This document shows positions 28,678-37,658 of a stretch of DNA of 37,658 nt, piece after piece. This DNA is from an uncultured Gemmatimonadota bacterium (GTDB lineage: Bacteria > Blakebacterota > Blakebacteria > Blakebacterales > Blakebacteraceae), in NCBI GenBank assembly GCA_964576115.1, contig CAZNUA010000035.1, positions 1 through 37,658 on the forward strand, in the 5' to 3' direction. Within the stretch, counting starts at the first letter, position 1. The number at the start of each line of letters is the position of its first letter. The notes under the pieces are model-generated. The model saw nothing but the letters and a program-made list of their open reading frames with translations. It was not told the origin of the DNA and ran no database searches. The position numbers and the translations under genes are program-made.

Positions 28678-31095
28678 CTACTCAGCTTTGAGGGCCGTGA
28701 CCGGGTCCACCTTCGCCGCCCGCCTGGCCGGCAGCCAGGAGGCCAGCAGGGCCACCACGGCCAGGATCGCGATCGTTGAGTATCCGCTCAGGGGCAGGGA
28801 CTCCCCGGCCGAGACCTGGAATATCCCCCGGACGAATTGCGTCATCAGGTACGCCAGGGGGGCTCCCAGCACGAATCCGATCGCGGTCAGCCTGATCCCC
28901 TGCCGGGTGATCAGACCCACGACCTGCCCGCCCCGCGCCCCGACCGAAAGGCGAATCCCGATCTCGCGGGTACGCCGCACAACGGTGTGGGAGATGATCC
29001 CGAAGATCCCCATCGCCGCCAGGAACATCGCCATGGTACACAGCGCGACGAGAAAATCGCCGAAGACCGAGGCACCTCCCAGCGAGGCCCGGTAGGCTTC
29101 ATCGTAGGTCTGCAGCGCACCGATCGGTTGCTCGGGATTGACACTCCAGATCGTTTCCCGGATCGCGGCCGCCAGACCGGCCTGCTCGGCATCGGCCCGC
29201 AGGGCGACGGTGGGATAGCGCAGCAGCTGTTGCTCGAGGGGCAGATAGACCATGGTCTCGATATCGAAGCCTTCCGGAATGCGCTCCTGGCAGACATTGC
29301 CGACCACACCGACGATCTCCCGCATTTCTCCCAGCAGCTCGAGCCTCATCCCGACCGGTTCGCGATCCGTGCAGAAGGTCTCGACGAAGGACCTGTTGAC
29401 CACCGCGACCGGCCGGGTCTCGCGCTTGTCGCGATCATCCAGAAACCGCCCGGAGAGCACCTGTACTTCCAGGGTCGTAAAGTAGTCCTCACTGACCGCG
29501 AGCCACCCGGTTTCGGGTCGCTCGTCGGGATCGTCATACACCTCGCCGGCCGGCGTGAAGGCTGCACTCGACCAGCCCCGGGCCCGCGGCAGCCGATTCA
29601 TCAGCGCCACCCCATCCACTCCCGGAATCGCCTTCAGGGCCGGGATCAGCTCGCGCTGAAAACCGAGCAGATCGGCCTGGTCGGGATAGAGGTAGTCCGA
29701 GAGTGTCAGACTGACGGCTACCAATCCCTCGGAACGGAAGCCGGGCTCGGGATGCAGAACATGATTGAAAATGCCGGCCAGCAGACCGGCTCCGGTCAGG
29801 ATCCCCAACGCCACGGCCACTTCACCGATCACGAAGGCGTGCCGGAGCCGCTTCCACTTCCGGCCGGCTGTACCGCTGCGGCCGCCGTCGCTCAGGGCGC
29901 CGCGCAGGTCCTTCACGGTCGCAAACAGAGCCGGGGCCAGGCCGAAGAGGATCCCGGTCGCGATCGAGAGGAGCAGCGTCAGCAGCAGCACCCCCCCATC
30001 GATGTCGGGTAGAAGCGTGCGGGGGATGTCGGCCGGGAAGGCCGTCCGGAAGATGTAGACCGCCACGACGGCCAGCAGGGTTCCCGCCAGGCCGGCTCCG
30101 AGACCCATCAGTACGCTCTCGCTCAGGAACTGACGCAGGAGCCGGCCCCGCTCGGCCCCGAGGGTCATGCGGATGGCGACCTCCTTCATCCGGGTGCCGG
30201 CTTTACTGAGCAGCAGGTTGGCGATGTTGGCGCAGGCGATGAACAGACCGAGAATGGTGACGACGATGGTGATCGTGATCAGAAGCCGGTCGGTCCGACC
30301 CGGGAAGCGTGTACTGAGAGGCGCCACTGTCAGGGTCAGGTTCCGGAATAGCGCGGGATGATCGGCCGCAATCTGGTCGGCGATCACGGACATTTCGGCT
30401 CGGGCCTGTTCCATGGTATTCCCCGGCGCCAGACGACCGAAGACCAGCAGGTCGCGATACCCGCGGTCTATCCGATCACGCAGGTCATCCGGCCGGTAGG
30501 CAGCGACATTCCCCTGCAGCAGGTTGAACTCCTCGGGGAGCACGCCGACCACGCTATGAGCGATTCCGTTCAGTGTCAGGGTCCGGCCCAGGACATCCCG
30601 CGAACCGGCGAAGTGACTCTGCCAGAAACTGTAGTCGAGCAGGAGGATCTGCCGGTTTTCTACCGATCCATCCGCGGGTCCGAAATTGCGGCCGAAGAGG
30701 GGTTCGACCCCCAGCACGCCGAACAGATCCGGCGTAACGGTCGTCACCAGGACTTCCTGGGGCTGCTCGAGTCCGGTCAGCACGTAGGGTTCGTCATCGA
30801 AGGCGCACAGGCCGGAGATGGAGCTGAGCTGGCCCTGCAGTTCGAGAAAATCGGGTGCGGAAACTTCATCGCGGTAATCGTCGGTCAGGGCGTCCCGTTC
30901 GTCGGTTTCGATCAGGACCAGTTCCTTCTGGTCCTCATAGGGTAAGGACGTGAAGAGAAAACTACCGGCCAGGGCGAACATGGTCACATTGGCGGCGATC
31001 GCCAGGGCCAGCGAGAGAAAGGTGACCAGGCTGAGGCCGGGTGTCTTGCGCCACATCCGCAGTCCGTAACGTAGATCGGAGAGAATTTGTATCAC
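28678..31095 (-). CDS. Duplicated MacB/FtsX-type ABC permease (ADOP-like)
   Basis: DLRYGLR..RK.PG, IACANIANLLL, KEVAIR..LGA.RGRL.RQ.L.ES, RTREIGIR...GA, PARRAAKVDPV.AL.AE. Confidence 0.93.
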   Translation of the reverse strand: MIQILSDLRYGLRMWRKTPGLSLVTFLSLALAIAANVTMFALAGSFLFTSLPYEDQKELVLIETDERDALTDDYRDEVSAPDFLELQGQLSSISGLCAFDDEPYVLTGLEQPQEVLVTTVTPDLFGVLGVEPLFGRNFGPADGSVENRQILLLDYSFWQSHFAGSRDVLGRTLTLNGIAHSVVGVLPEEFNLLQGNVAAYRPDDLRDRIDRGYRDLLVFGRLAPGNTMEQARAEMSVIADQIAADHPALFRNLTLTVAPLSTRFPGRTDRLLITITIVVTILGLFIACANIANLLLSKAGTRMKEVAIRMTLGAERGRLLRQFLSESVLMGLGAGLAGTLLAVVAVYIFRTAFPADIPRTLLPDIDGGVLLLTLLLSIATGILFGLAPALFATVKDLRGALSDGGRSGTAGRKWKRLRHAFVIGEVAVALGILTGAGLLAGIFNHVLHPEPGFRSEGLVAVSLTLSDYLYPDQADLLGFQRELIPALKAIPGVDGVALMNRLPRARGWSSAAFTPAGEVYDDPDERPETGWLAVSEDYFTTLEVQVLSGRFLDDRDKRETRPVAVVNRSFVETFCTDREPVGMRLELLGEMREIVGVVGNVCQERIPEGFDIETMVYLPLEQQLLRYPTVALRADAEQAGLAAAIRETIWSVNPEQPIGALQTYDEAYRASLGGASVFGDFLVALCTMAMFLAAMGIFGIISHTVVRRTREIGIRLSVGARGGQVVGLITRQGIRLTAIGFVLGAPLAYLMTQFVRGIFQVSAGESLPLSGYSTIAILAVVALLASWLPARRAAKVDPVTALKAE

Positions 31096-31227
31096 CGGTT
31101 CACCCCCGCGATTCCGGGTCTACCCCCACATGACCATCACTACCCTCATTCAGGTTGTTAGGTTGCAGTTCGGTCCCGACAGATTCTGCGCTACACTGGA
31201 ATCCGTCAGGGAAAGGATGAGTCGACA

Positions 31228-31854
31228 ATGCTCGAACCCGAACACCGGTGGCAACGTATCCTGGCGCGGGCTGTCGCCGGCCTCGGTGTCTTCGCCCTGC
31301 TCATGACCGCTGAACCCTCCGTCACCTGCGGTCAGCAGCCTGCTCGAGCGGCCGGTGACGGCAGCCTCATCTGCGGTGTGATCGACATGAGCCGGGTTCC
31401 CGCCCGGCTCGACTGGGTCGATCTGCTCCGGATCGATGTCGAGCCGGCTCAGATCATCACCCTGCCTGCCCGCGACGGCCTCTTCGCCCGCTTCGACATC
31501 GAACCCGGCACGTACCGTTTCCTGCGCTTCGGGGGGGCGGCCGACGACGGTTTGGGCGACCTCGTCTACCTCTTCCCTCCCGAGGGTGTGAGCTGGGCCG
31601 AGTTCGATCCGGCCCGTCCCGACCCGATGCCCCCCGACAGCGGTCAGCGCCTGCTGTTCATACGGGAACCGGGAGTATATTGCCTCGGAACTCGCAGCAT
31701 CACAACCCTGCAACCCTTCCAGTACCGGGTCGTGCCCGTGGCCCGGCCGACCGAAACCGAGATCCTGCGCCGTCTGCTCGATCGGGTCACCGCACCCGAC
31801 CGGCGCGCCCTGGTCAGCCGCCGGCTGACCGCAATCGGAGGAGATCCGCCATGA
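31228..31854 (+). CDS. Hypothetical exported protein
   Basis: N-terminal hydrophobic segment; ATGA overlap with the next gene. Confidence 0.65.
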   Translation: MLEPEHRWQRILARAVAGLGVFALLMTAEPSVTCGQQPARAAGDGSLICGVIDMSRVPARLDWVDLLRIDVEPAQIITLPARDGLFARFDIEPGTYRFLRFGGAADDGLGDLVYLFPPEGVSWAEFDPARPDPMPPDSGQRLLFIREPGVYCLGTRSITTLQPFQYRVVPVARPTETEILRRLLDRVTAPDRRALVSRRLTAIGGDPP

Positions 31855-33209
31855 CCGCGAACCGCCGCGATGAGTCATCCGACCGAACCCGCGGAATCGA
31901 CCGCCGTCAGTTCCTGGGCCGGGCCGCCGCTTCGGCCGCCGCCGTCACGATCGTGCCCCGCCACGTTCTCGGCGGACGGGGGTACGTGCCCCCCAGCGAC
32001 ATGGTCTATATCGGCTCGATCGGTGCCATGGGCATGGGCCGATCCAACCGCCGGGCTCTGGCCGAGACCGGTCAGGCCGAGATCGTCGCCCTGTGCGACG
32101 TGGACGACACGAAGACCGCCGAGGCCCTCGCGGATCACGAAGGGGCGAAAACATACCGGGACTATCGTCGTATGCTTGAAGAGGAGTCGGGACTGGACGC
32201 GGTGGTGGTGAGCACGCCCGACCACATGCACGCCGTGATCACCATGGCAGCCATGGAACGCGGGCTGGGGGTTTACACCGAGAAACCCCTGACCTGGTCG
32301 GTCGAGGAGGCTCGCCTGCTGGCCGAAGGCGCCGAGCGCTACGGTGTGGCGACCCAGATGGGTAACTGGGGCCACGCCCACGACGAGGCCCGGCTCATCA
32401 ACGAGTGGATCGCCGATGGAGCGATCGGATCGGTGCGTGAGGTACACACCTGGACCAACCGCCCGATCTGGCCCCAGGGTATCGATCGGCCCGAAGGGAG
32501 CCTGCCGATACCCTCGACCCTCGACTGGGATCTCTGGCTCGGGGTGGCACCCGAACGCCCCTACAATGAAGGCTACCATCCCTTCGACTGGCGGGGGTGG
32601 TGGGATTTCGGAACCGGAGCGCTGGGAGACATGGCCTGCCACATCATCGATTTCCCCTTCTGGGCGCTCAAGCTGGGGCACCCGGACGCCGTGGAGGCCT
32701 CCTCGGTGGGCATGACCGACGAGACCTACCCGCTCGGTTCGATGGTGACCTTCCACTTCCCGGCCCGTGAAGGGATGCCGGCAGTCAAACTGATCTGGTG
32801 GGATGGCGGCCTGAAACCGCCGCGCCCCCCTGAACTCGAACCGGGCCGACAGATGGGCGACCGGAGCGGCGGGGTGATTTTCAACGGCGACAGCGGCAAG
32901 ATCATGTGCAGCTGTTATGCCCGGGATGCCTGTCTGATCCCCCAATCGTGGATGGACTCCTATGACCACCCCGCACCGAGCCTGCCCCGCTCGATCGGGC
33001 ACAGGGAGGAGTGGCTGGAGGCGGTCCGGGGAGGTCAGCAAGCCATGTCCAACTTCGGCTACGCCGGTCCGTTGACCGAAGTGATCCTGCTGGGGTGTGT
33101 CGCCATCAGGATGAATGACCGGCTGGAATGGGACGGCGATTCCATGACCGTGACGAACCTGCCGGAAGCCAACGCCCACATCCGGCGGACTTACCGTGAA
33201 GGATGGTAA
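31851..33209 (+). CDS. Tat-exported Gfo/Idh/MocA oxidoreductase
   Basis: DRRQFL twin-arginine, TIVPRHVLGG, STPDHMH, EKPL, WDLWLG, GTGALGDMACH; RBS GGAGGAG. Confidence 0.92.
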   Translation: MTANRRDESSDRTRGIDRRQFLGRAAASAAAVTIVPRHVLGGRGYVPPSDMVYIGSIGAMGMGRSNRRALAETGQAEIVALCDVDDTKTAEALADHEGAKTYRDYRRMLEEESGLDAVVVSTPDHMHAVITMAAMERGLGVYTEKPLTWSVEEARLLAEGAERYGVATQMGNWGHAHDEARLINEWIADGAIGSVREVHTWTNRPIWPQGIDRPEGSLPIPSTLDWDLWLGVAPERPYNEGYHPFDWRGWWDFGTGALGDMACHIIDFPFWALKLGHPDAVEASSVGMTDETYPLGSMVTFHFPAREGMPAVKLIWWDGGLKPPRPPELEPGRQMGDRSGGVIFNGDSGKIMCSCYARDACLIPQSWMDSYDHPAPSLPRSIGHREEWLEAVRGGQQAMSNFGYAGPLTEVILLGCVAIRMNDRLEWDGDSMTVTNLPEANAHIRRTYREGW

Positions 33210-33211
33210 CC

Positions 33212-33910
33212 ATGAGTGAAGACCTGCCCGTCAGCTTCGGCCGCGAGTTCGAGCCCGAACCGGAACCGGCAGTCGAGCAGCCACAGCCCTCCACCCAGGG
33301 GGGAGAAGGCGGACGACCGGGAGGCGGCGGTCGACCGGAAACCGGCCGGGAGTTTCCGCCCGCACCCTCTGCCCCACCTCGCAAGCACTCGACTACATGG
33401 CCGGGGGTGTTCGGCGTGCTGGGTATCGTCTTCGGTATTCTCGGTTCGATCGGGAATCTGGGCACCTTTGCCTGGCCGGTCTTCCGTCCCTGGATGATGG
33501 AGTTGATCTCCCGGGAGGTTTCCCGCCACGAATATCATCTCATCCGCAATTTCATTCCCGGTGACCTCTTTATCTTCAGTTCGGGTGTCATCGAGTTGGG
33601 GCTGTCGGTCCTGCTGCTTATCGCCGGCGTCTATCTGCTCCAGCGCCGGCAGCTGGGAGCCCGGCTCATCAAGCTGTGGGCTATCATCAGCATCCCCTGG
33701 GCTCTGCTCGAAAGCGGTTTCGGAATGAGTTTCACCCGCAGTCTCATCCCCCGGCTGCGCGAATTCGGTACAACCGAATTCCCCATCGAGTTCTTCACCT
33801 CGCTCGGGATCGGATTCGGTCTGCTCTTCGCCCTGATCGTACCGGTCTTCGTCCTGGTCTGGTTCGGCTCGCAGAATATCCGAACGGAAGTGGAGGGCTG
33901 GCCGGACTGA
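33212..33910 (+). CDS. Hypothetical membrane protein (about 4 TM) with a Pro/Gly-rich N-terminus
   Basis: Four hydrophobic segments; lies within the co-directional operon. Confidence 0.75.
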   Translation: MSEDLPVSFGREFEPEPEPAVEQPQPSTQGGEGGRPGGGGRPETGREFPPAPSAPPRKHSTTWPGVFGVLGIVFGILGSIGNLGTFAWPVFRPWMMELISREVSRHEYHLIRNFIPGDLFIFSSGVIELGLSVLLLIAGVYLLQRRQLGARLIKLWAIISIPWALLESGFGMSFTRSLIPRLREFGTTEFPIEFFTSLGIGFGLLFALIVPVFVLVWFGSQNIRTEVEGWPD

Positions 33911-33923
33911 GCCGGAGAGAGTC

Positions 33924-34319
33924 ATGACCGAAAACATCCGCCTCGATCGCTGGCTGTGGGCGGCCCGTTTTTTCAAGACCCGCTCGCTGGCCGCCCGGGC
34001 TGTGGACGGCGGCAAGGTCAAGGTGGCCGGAGTCCGCCCCAAGCGCTCGAAAGCAATCGCGGTCGGCGATGAACTGACCATCACCATGGGGATCTACGAA
34101 TTCCACGTGACCGTCCGCGCTCTGTCCGACAAACGCGGTCCGGCCGCCGAAGCCGAAAAGCTGTACGAGGAGACCGAGGCTTCTCGCCGCAAGCGCGACA
34201 TGCTCCGGGAGCAGATGCGNNNNNNNNNNNNNNNNNNNNNNNNNNNNNNNNNNNNNNNNNNNNNNNNNNNNNNNNNNNNNNNNNNNNNNNNNNNNNNNNN
34301 NNNNNNNNNNNNNNNNNNN
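33924..34319 (+). CDS. hslR: S4-domain RNA-binding protein, Hsp15-like; C-terminus lies in the N gap (end approximate)
   Basis: RLDRWLWAARFFKTRSLA..AV.GGKV, KRGPA.EA..LYEET. Confidence 0.85.
34220..34319. other. 100-N scaffold gap without flank overlap (sequence really missing)
   Basis: Flanks are not duplicated; the hslR C-terminus is absent. Confidence 0.9.
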
Positions 34320-34336
34320 GAAGAGGAGTACCTGCA

Positions 34337-35695
34337 ATGAGTGACAACGTCGATCGTCGGGATTTCCTGAAAACCACCGCCGCCGCCGGACTGGGCTTGG
34401 CCGCAGCCGGATCGCTGACCGAGTGTTCCTCCCAACCGGCCGGTTCGGCCCCCCTCGCCTTCCGGACCGATCCGATTGAAACCGTGCGGGTTGCGGTCGT
34501 GGGACTCGGCAACCAGGGTACCGGACATACCCGCAACCTGATACGGATCCCGAACGCCGAGGTGGTCGCACTCTGCGACCTGCTCCCCGAACGGGTGGCC
34601 CGCGTCCAGGGATGGTTCATCGAAGCGGGACGGCCCGTACCCACCGGGTACTCCGGTTCGCACGACGAGTACGTCCGGATGATCGCCGAAGAGGATCTCG
34701 ACCTGGTCTACACCGTCACTCCCTGGCAGTACCACGCCCCGATCTGTCTGGAAGCCATGCGCAACGGCGCCCACGCGGCGACCGAGATCCCGATGGGGAT
34801 CTATCTGGACGAGCTCTGGGAACTGGTCGAGACCGCCGAACGCACCGGCCGGCACTGCGTGATGATGGAAAACTGCTGCTACGACCGCATCGAACTGATG
34901 ATCCTCAATATGGTCCGTCACGGGCTCTTCGGAGACCTGCGCCACGCCGAGTGCGGCTACCTGCACGACCTGCGGGCACTCAAAACCTCCCCGAACTACT
35001 ATGTGGAGCGGTGGCGGATCTTCCACTCGATCGCCCGCAACGCCGATCTCTATCCCTGCCACGGCCTGGGTCCGATCGCACAGTGCCTGAACATCAACCG
35101 GGGCAACCAGTTCGATTTCCTGGTCTCGATGAGCTGTGCCTCGGGTGGTATCGCCCGCTATGCCGCCCACGAATACGGCCCCGATCACGAATGGGCGACC
35201 CAGGAGTACTCCCTCGGGGATGTGCAGAACACGCTGATCCGCACCGTCGAGGGCCAGACCATCATCGTCACCCACGACACCAACACCCCCCGCCCCTACT
35301 CGCGCAAGGTCCTGGTACAGGGCACCCGGGGGCTGGTACGCAAGTACCCCGAGCCGAAGATCTACATCGAGGGGGTCAGTCCACCCCACCGCTGGCAGGA
35401 TCTGGACGATGAGTGGTTCGCCGAATGGGAGCACCCGCTCCACACCGCCATCCGGGAATCCGCCTCCGGGGCCGGCCACGGCGGCATGGACTACATCGAA
35501 GACTATCGCCTGATACAGTGCCTGCACGAGGGCGCCCCGATGGACATGGATGTCTACGACGGTGCTGCCTGGAGCGCGGTCGTCGAACTGAGCGAGCGTT
35601 CGATCGCCCGCCGGAGCCGCTCGATCGATTACCCCGATTTCACCCGCGGTTCGTGGCGCGAACGCGAACCGCTGGGGATCATCGACCGGATCTGA
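34337..35695 (+). CDS. GH109 (alpha-N-acetylgalactosaminidase-like) NAD-dependent glycosidase, Tat signal
   Basis: DRRDFLK, TPWQYH, MMENCCY, GYLHDLR, LYPCHGLGP, PRPYSR, GHGGMD, DVYD.A.WS. Confidence 0.9.
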   Translation: MSDNVDRRDFLKTTAAAGLGLAAAGSLTECSSQPAGSAPLAFRTDPIETVRVAVVGLGNQGTGHTRNLIRIPNAEVVALCDLLPERVARVQGWFIEAGRPVPTGYSGSHDEYVRMIAEEDLDLVYTVTPWQYHAPICLEAMRNGAHAATEIPMGIYLDELWELVETAERTGRHCVMMENCCYDRIELMILNMVRHGLFGDLRHAECGYLHDLRALKTSPNYYVERWRIFHSIARNADLYPCHGLGPIAQCLNINRGNQFDFLVSMSCASGGIARYAAHEYGPDHEWATQEYSLGDVQNTLIRTVEGQTIIVTHDTNTPRPYSRKVLVQGTRGLVRKYPEPKIYIEGVSPPHRWQDLDDEWFAEWEHPLHTAIRESASGAGHGGMDYIEDYRLIQCLHEGAPMDMDVYDGAAWSAVVELSERSIARRSRSIDYPDFTRGSWREREPLGIIDRI

Positions 35696-35735
35696 GCCCG
35701 ACGTCGGGCCGGACCTGTTTCACGGGGGTGATTCC

Positions 35736-37046
35736 ATGGCCTGTCATCACCTTTCCGAGCGCCCGAGCCGGCTGCATCCTCTCGGCCGGCTCACCCGCCT
35801 CGGCTTCACGGTCTCTCTCTTCTGCTGGACCGCCCTGACCGGATGCGCTCGCAAGACCGACACCGGAGCGGGCGACTGGCGGGCCGAAATCGATTCGGTC
35901 GGCACGACCGTGACCGTCCGGACGGTGAGCGGTTCGGTCTGGGGCGCTTTTCCCGCCCTGATCGAAGAGGCCTCGATCGGCACTGCGGACGGCGAGGAGG
36001 CCTATCTGCTGGGCGAAGTGACCGGCCTGGCAATCAGCGACGGCCGGATTCTCATCCTGGACGCCTCGGTGCCGACGGTACGCATGTACGACCGCAACGG
36101 TCATCATTTCAGGGACATCGGCCGCGGCGGCAGCGGTCCCGGCGAGTTCCAGCTGCCCTGGAGCCTGGAAGTCGATCCCCCGACCGGACTCATCTTCGTG
36201 CGCGACGAGATGCAGGCCCGGATCAACGTCTATCTGGCCGACGGTGAATTCCTGCAGCAGATCCGGCTCGCTCACGGCCTGATGACCTCGATCCCCATGG
36301 TCATCTCCGGTGACGGCCTGGTGTTTACCCCCATTCTGCTTCGTCTCCCGACCGGCCTGCGGGATGCCTGGGCCGCCTATTCATTCGAAGGCGCAGCGGA
36401 CGATACCGTCGCGGCACCGGTGTCCGCATACGCGGCTCCCGAACTGGAGTATCTCGATGACGAGGGCGAACCCTTCACGACCGTGGTGCCCTTTTCTCCC
36501 GAGCACCTCTGGACGCTGACTCCCGATCTGGCCGTGGCACACGGCGTATCCGACGCCTACCGCCTCGAGATCCGCCACCGGGACGGGCGGGTGACGGTCA
36601 TCGAACGGACGGTCGAGCCGGTGCCGATCGAACCGGAGGAACAAGACTGGTACCGACGCCGCCTGACCGCCCGGATCCGGCGGACCGATCCCGGCTGGAA
36701 CTGGCGGGGCGAACCTATCCCGGACAGTAAGCCCTTCTTCGACGATCTGGTGCCCGACCGCGAGGGCCGTCTCTGGGTGCTGCGCCGGGGACCAGGAATC
36801 CGCCTTGAGGAGGGTAACGCAGCGGCTGAGACCTATGATGAATTCGTCGCGGCGCCCTGCTGGCGGGAGAGCTGGACCTTCGATGTCTTCGAGGTCTCGG
36901 GACGTTTTCTCGGTTCGGTTACCGTACCCGACGGCTTCCGCTCTTTTCCGCAGCCCGACATCGTCGGTGATCGGATACTGTGTCTGGTGCACGACGAGAA
37001 CGACGTGCCGCGGGTCAAGCGCTTCCGCCTCGATCTGGAGAGGTAA
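35736..37046 (+). CDS. 6-bladed beta-propeller (TolB-like) lipoprotein
   Basis: Lipobox LTGC; SIG..DGEEAYLLG, IGRGGSGPGEF, DREGRLWV, FDVF...GRFLG. Confidence 0.82.
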   Translation: MACHHLSERPSRLHPLGRLTRLGFTVSLFCWTALTGCARKTDTGAGDWRAEIDSVGTTVTVRTVSGSVWGAFPALIEEASIGTADGEEAYLLGEVTGLAISDGRILILDASVPTVRMYDRNGHHFRDIGRGGSGPGEFQLPWSLEVDPPTGLIFVRDEMQARINVYLADGEFLQQIRLAHGLMTSIPMVISGDGLVFTPILLRLPTGLRDAWAAYSFEGAADDTVAAPVSAYAAPELEYLDDEGEPFTTVVPFSPEHLWTLTPDLAVAHGVSDAYRLEIRHRDGRVTVIERTVEPVPIEPEEQDWYRRRLTARIRRTDPGWNWRGEPIPDSKPFFDDLVPDREGRLWVLRRGPGIRLEEGNAAAETYDEFVAAPCWRESWTFDVFEVSGRFLGSVTVPDGFRSFPQPDIVGDRILCLVHDENDVPRVKRFRLDLER

Positions 37047-37125
37047 ACCGGTCCCCCACCCGAATCGGCCCTCCACCCGGGGGGAGTAGTGAGGTCGAAG
37101 GTATGTACCGGGAGACAAAAACCCG

Positions 37126-37658
37126 TCAGCGCAGGACCGCCAGATGATACAGGGGCAGGCCGTCGTCGTTCTGCGATTCCAGGAACACCCTGCCCTCTCT
37201 GTCGAAGGCCGCCGGTAAGGCACAATCGCCGCAGTGCCCCAGGTAATTGCCGTCGGCATCATAGACATCCAGGCGCGATGTCTTCAGGTCTTCGGTACCG
37301 GCCAGCACCCAGGTCCGTCCCAGGGGATCTGCCTTCAATCCGGTGATCGCCTGACTCCGGGCTGCAAACGGCCATTCCTCCAGCGACCTGGGTGTCGGAA
37401 ACATCTCTTCGCGGATCAGCATTTGCCCCCAGAGGCTCTGTTCGAACCCTTCCGAAACGAACCAGTTGCGATCACTGGCACTGATCTCGAGATCGGGTGT
37501 GGGAGCCTGCAGGATTCTCTGCAGGTGTCCCTCGAGGTCCAGATAGTCGACCCTGTAGTCGGTCGAATTCACCACCGCGATTTCCCGGCCGTTCACCAGA
37601 CACCAGTGGAGATGGGGAGCAAACTCGGGGGCGGTCGACACCCGCTGTTGTCTTCCAT
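37126..37658 (-). CDS. C-terminal part of a 6-bladed beta-propeller-type protein (5' end outside the window)
   Basis: YRVDYLDLEG, ADPLGRTWV, LDVYDADGNYLG; frame open to the window end. Confidence 0.72.
   Translation of the reverse strand, partial: GRQQRVSTAPEFAPHLHWCLVNGREIAVVNSTDYRVDYLDLEGHLQRILQAPTPDLEISASDRNWFVSEGFEQSLWGQMLIREEMFPTPRSLEEWPFAARSQAITGLKADPLGRTWVLAGTEDLKTSRLDVYDADGNYLGHCGDCALPAAFDREGRVFLESQNDDGLPLYHLAVLR

Noticed and set aside
35696-35709. 14-bp palindrome GCCCGACGTCGGGC after the GH109 stop
   Set aside because: A single GC-rich instance with no U-tract; function cannot be supported.
37047-37125. tRNA-like or terminator structure between the convergent propeller genes
   Set aside because: No cloverleaf or T-loop consensus; only short imperfect stems without a U-tract.

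Overview
A GC-rich (visually about 60-67%) bacterial genome segment. It is almost certainly from a scaffolded metagenome or draft assembly, with three 100-N gaps; two are spurious 55-nt overlaps that split single genes. It is rich in secreted proteins and lipoproteins of a diderm polymer-degrading organism (Gemmatimonadota/Latescibacterota/FCB-like is an inference from gene content only). These include a sialate O-acetylesterase, a GH92 alpha-mannosidase, paired PD40 beta-propellers, tandem S9 peptidases coupled to a cyclophilin, a CBM9/DUF5916 outer-membrane protein, an orphan duplicated MacB-type permease, GH109 and Gfo/Idh/MocA oxidoreductases, tyrosine phenol-lyase and 6-bladed beta-propellers. 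Main observations: (1) a transposase-less cassette of about 0.73 kb, holding an unannotated 61-aa ORF with a probable CTG start and a DUF6036-type nucleotidyltransferase, sits at the GH92 stop codon between perfect 14-bp direct repeats; (2) a second, HEPN-MNT toxin-antitoxin-like module lies 5.4 kb away; (3) an OmpR-family two-component system has a kinase with an FlgD-Ig/T9SS-CTD-like segment, a probable leaderless transcript, and a 10-bp-phased TTAAC array shared with a divergent serine hydrolase whose YxN motif reads HSN. No rRNA, tRNA, CRISPR array, transposase or integrase was recognised.
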